Source: a virus. Taken from it: a stretch of 52,515 nucleotides of DNA. Shown in pieces: positions 51,888 to 52,515 of the stretch. Location of the stretch: IMG/VR virus record IMGVR_UViG_3300045988_128440, one strand, 5' to 3'. The translations under genes were made by a program, and so were the position numbers. Each line of letters starts with the position of its first letter. Positions within the stretch are counted from its first letter, which is position 1. The notes beneath the pieces were generated by a model. It ran no database searches and had not been told where the DNA came from. It was given only the letters and a program-made list of their open reading frames with translations.

Positions 51888-51916
51888 TTGATTTTAAATA
51901 ATTATTTCACTATAAT
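51888..51916 (+). promoter_or_regulatory. promoter TTGATT-N17-TATAAT overlapped by a 14-bp-arm inverted repeat (51876..51910)
   Basis: Arms gtgaaatagttatt and aataattatttcac (one mismatch) flank the -35 hexamer. Confidence 0.55.
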
Positions 51917-51951
51917 ATTAGTGTAGAAAAAAATAGAAAAGAGGTGAAAAT

Positions 51952-52095
51952 ATGGAAGAGTATGCTGTTATTAGGATTAAGAAATCAACAAAAGATATTC
52001 TTGATAAAGAAAAAAAAGAAAGTGGTAAATTGTTATGGTATTTAATTGATGAAGCAGTTAGAGATTGTTATTTAACAAAAGAAAGAAAGGAATAA
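51952..52095 (+). CDS. small RHH-like protein (47 aa)
   Basis: RBS AAGAGGTG then ATG. Translation MEEYAVIRIKKSTKDILDKEKKESGKLLWYLIDEAV.. Confidence 0.5.
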   Translation: MEEYAVIRIKKSTKDILDKEKKESGKLLWYLIDEAVRDCYLTKERKE

Positions 52096-52100
52096 GCAAT

Positions 52101-52515
52101 ATGAACAAGTTTAAAAAAATAACATATGATAATTTTGAAAAAATTGATGAATTATTAAAGGATAATGTAAAAGAAACAAAAAGAATTTATACATTAGATC
52201 ATGAATATGGATTAAGTGAATCAATGATTGATTGTGAAAGTCCTATTGAGCAATTATTAGCAATGGAATTTGAAAGAATTGGTTTAATTGATATGAATAA
52301 ATTTAATCCTTTTGTTGATGTTTTAGAAATAGAAAATCAATCAAATATAGTATGTAATGGTAAGCGATATAGAGTTGATTTTGCTATTCATGTTTGGTAC
52401 AAAAATCAAGGAGGAAAGACATTTATTATTGAATGTGATGGTTATGAATTCCATCAAAAAACAAAAGAACAAGTAGATAGAGATAATAAGCGTACTAGAA
52501 GTTTACAAAAAAAAG
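52101..52515 (+). CDS. 5' part of junction-spanning DUF559/Vsr-like endonuclease-domain gene (continues at 100..209 after overlap removal)
   Basis: ATG 52101. Translation ..CESPIEQLLAMEFERIGL..YRVDFAIHVWYKNQGGKTFIIECDGYEFH.. The ORF is open at the window end. Confidence 0.8.
   Translation, partial: MNKFKKITYDNFEKIDELLKDNVKETKRIYTLDHEYGLSESMIDCESPIEQLLAMEFERIGLIDMNKFNPFVDVLEIENQSNIVCNGKRYRVDFAIHVWYKNQGGKTFIIECDGYEFHQKTKEQVDRDNKRTRSLQKK
52417..52515. repeat. terminal direct overlap, identical to 1..99
   Basis: Exact 99-nt identity with the window start. Confidence 0.95.

Noticed and set aside
1-52515. Alternative genetic code (TGA = Trp or Gly) as an explanation for the in-frame TGA at 41887.
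   Set aside because: Every other long gene (tape measure, terL, capsid, integrase and so on) is open under the standard code with no internal TGA, and TGA ends many well-delimited genes with ATGA or TAATG coupling. A genome-wide reassignment is therefore not supported; only local read-through or an error is considered.
1-52515. CRISPR arrays, tRNA/tmRNA or rRNA genes, and a DGR (reverse transcriptase plus template/variable repeats).
   Set aside because: I saw no regularly spaced direct repeats, no cloverleaf-like GTTCGAATC-type T-arm segment, and no reverse-transcriptase (YxDD) ORF. The fibre-gene repeats are ordinary paralogy, not adenine-specific template/variable-repeat pairs.

Overview
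This window looks like a complete, circularly assembled genome of a temperate, A+T-rich siphovirus-type dsDNA phage. Its first 99 nt are identical to its last 99 nt, leaving about 52.4 kb of unique sequence. The host appears to be a low-GC Gram-positive (Bacillota-like) bacterium, judged from AGGAGG-type ribosome-binding sites (RBS), SigA-type TTGACA-N17-TATAAT promoters, a PG_binding_1 endolysin and a large serine recombinase. The standard bacterial genetic code fits. Only the serine integrase and the CI-like repressor lie on the - strand. Gene order: a junction-spanning DUF559-like endonuclease gene; a replisome organizer with internal iterons; and an island of DNA-modification-type genes. 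That island holds a radical SAM gene, a ParB-methyltransferase fusion, an SNF2-like helicase interrupted by an HNH homing-endonuclease cassette, an IbrB-like ParB, an IbrA/DndC-like PAPS-reductase-family PP-loop enzyme and a GNAT. Next come many small ORFs and a dimeric-dUTPase-like gene; an endolysin located far from the holin; a terS-like HTH gene; and about 6.4 kb of paralogous tail-fibre/receptor-binding-like genes with an embedded HNH/P-loop fusion. The structural block then follows: terS, terL, portal, protease, HK97-type capsid, connectors, major tail protein, G/GT chaperone with a canonical A_AAA_AAC slip site, tape measure, Dit, a Gp37-like protein and a fibre. After it come holin and XhlA-like genes, a moron region, the integrase, the cI/cro switch, and a recombination module (Cas4-like nuclease, Sak/Rad52-like annealing protein, SSB, RusA). 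The most notable non-genic signal is a strand-specific 13-nt motif, TTCAAATAGTAAA. I found 12 perfect and 9 one-mismatch copies, all on the + strand and mostly intergenic, just upstream of RBSs. Other signals are a reused terminator/UP/promoter cassette with a palindrome in the spacer, covarying 5' leader hairpins, and a candidate small RNA. Three genes are interrupted by single-nucleotide-scale events: a G7 frameshift, a helicase 5' duplication with a frameshift, and an in-frame TGA before a start-less 3D-domain ORF. All functional calls come from reading the translations by eye; no database search was run.
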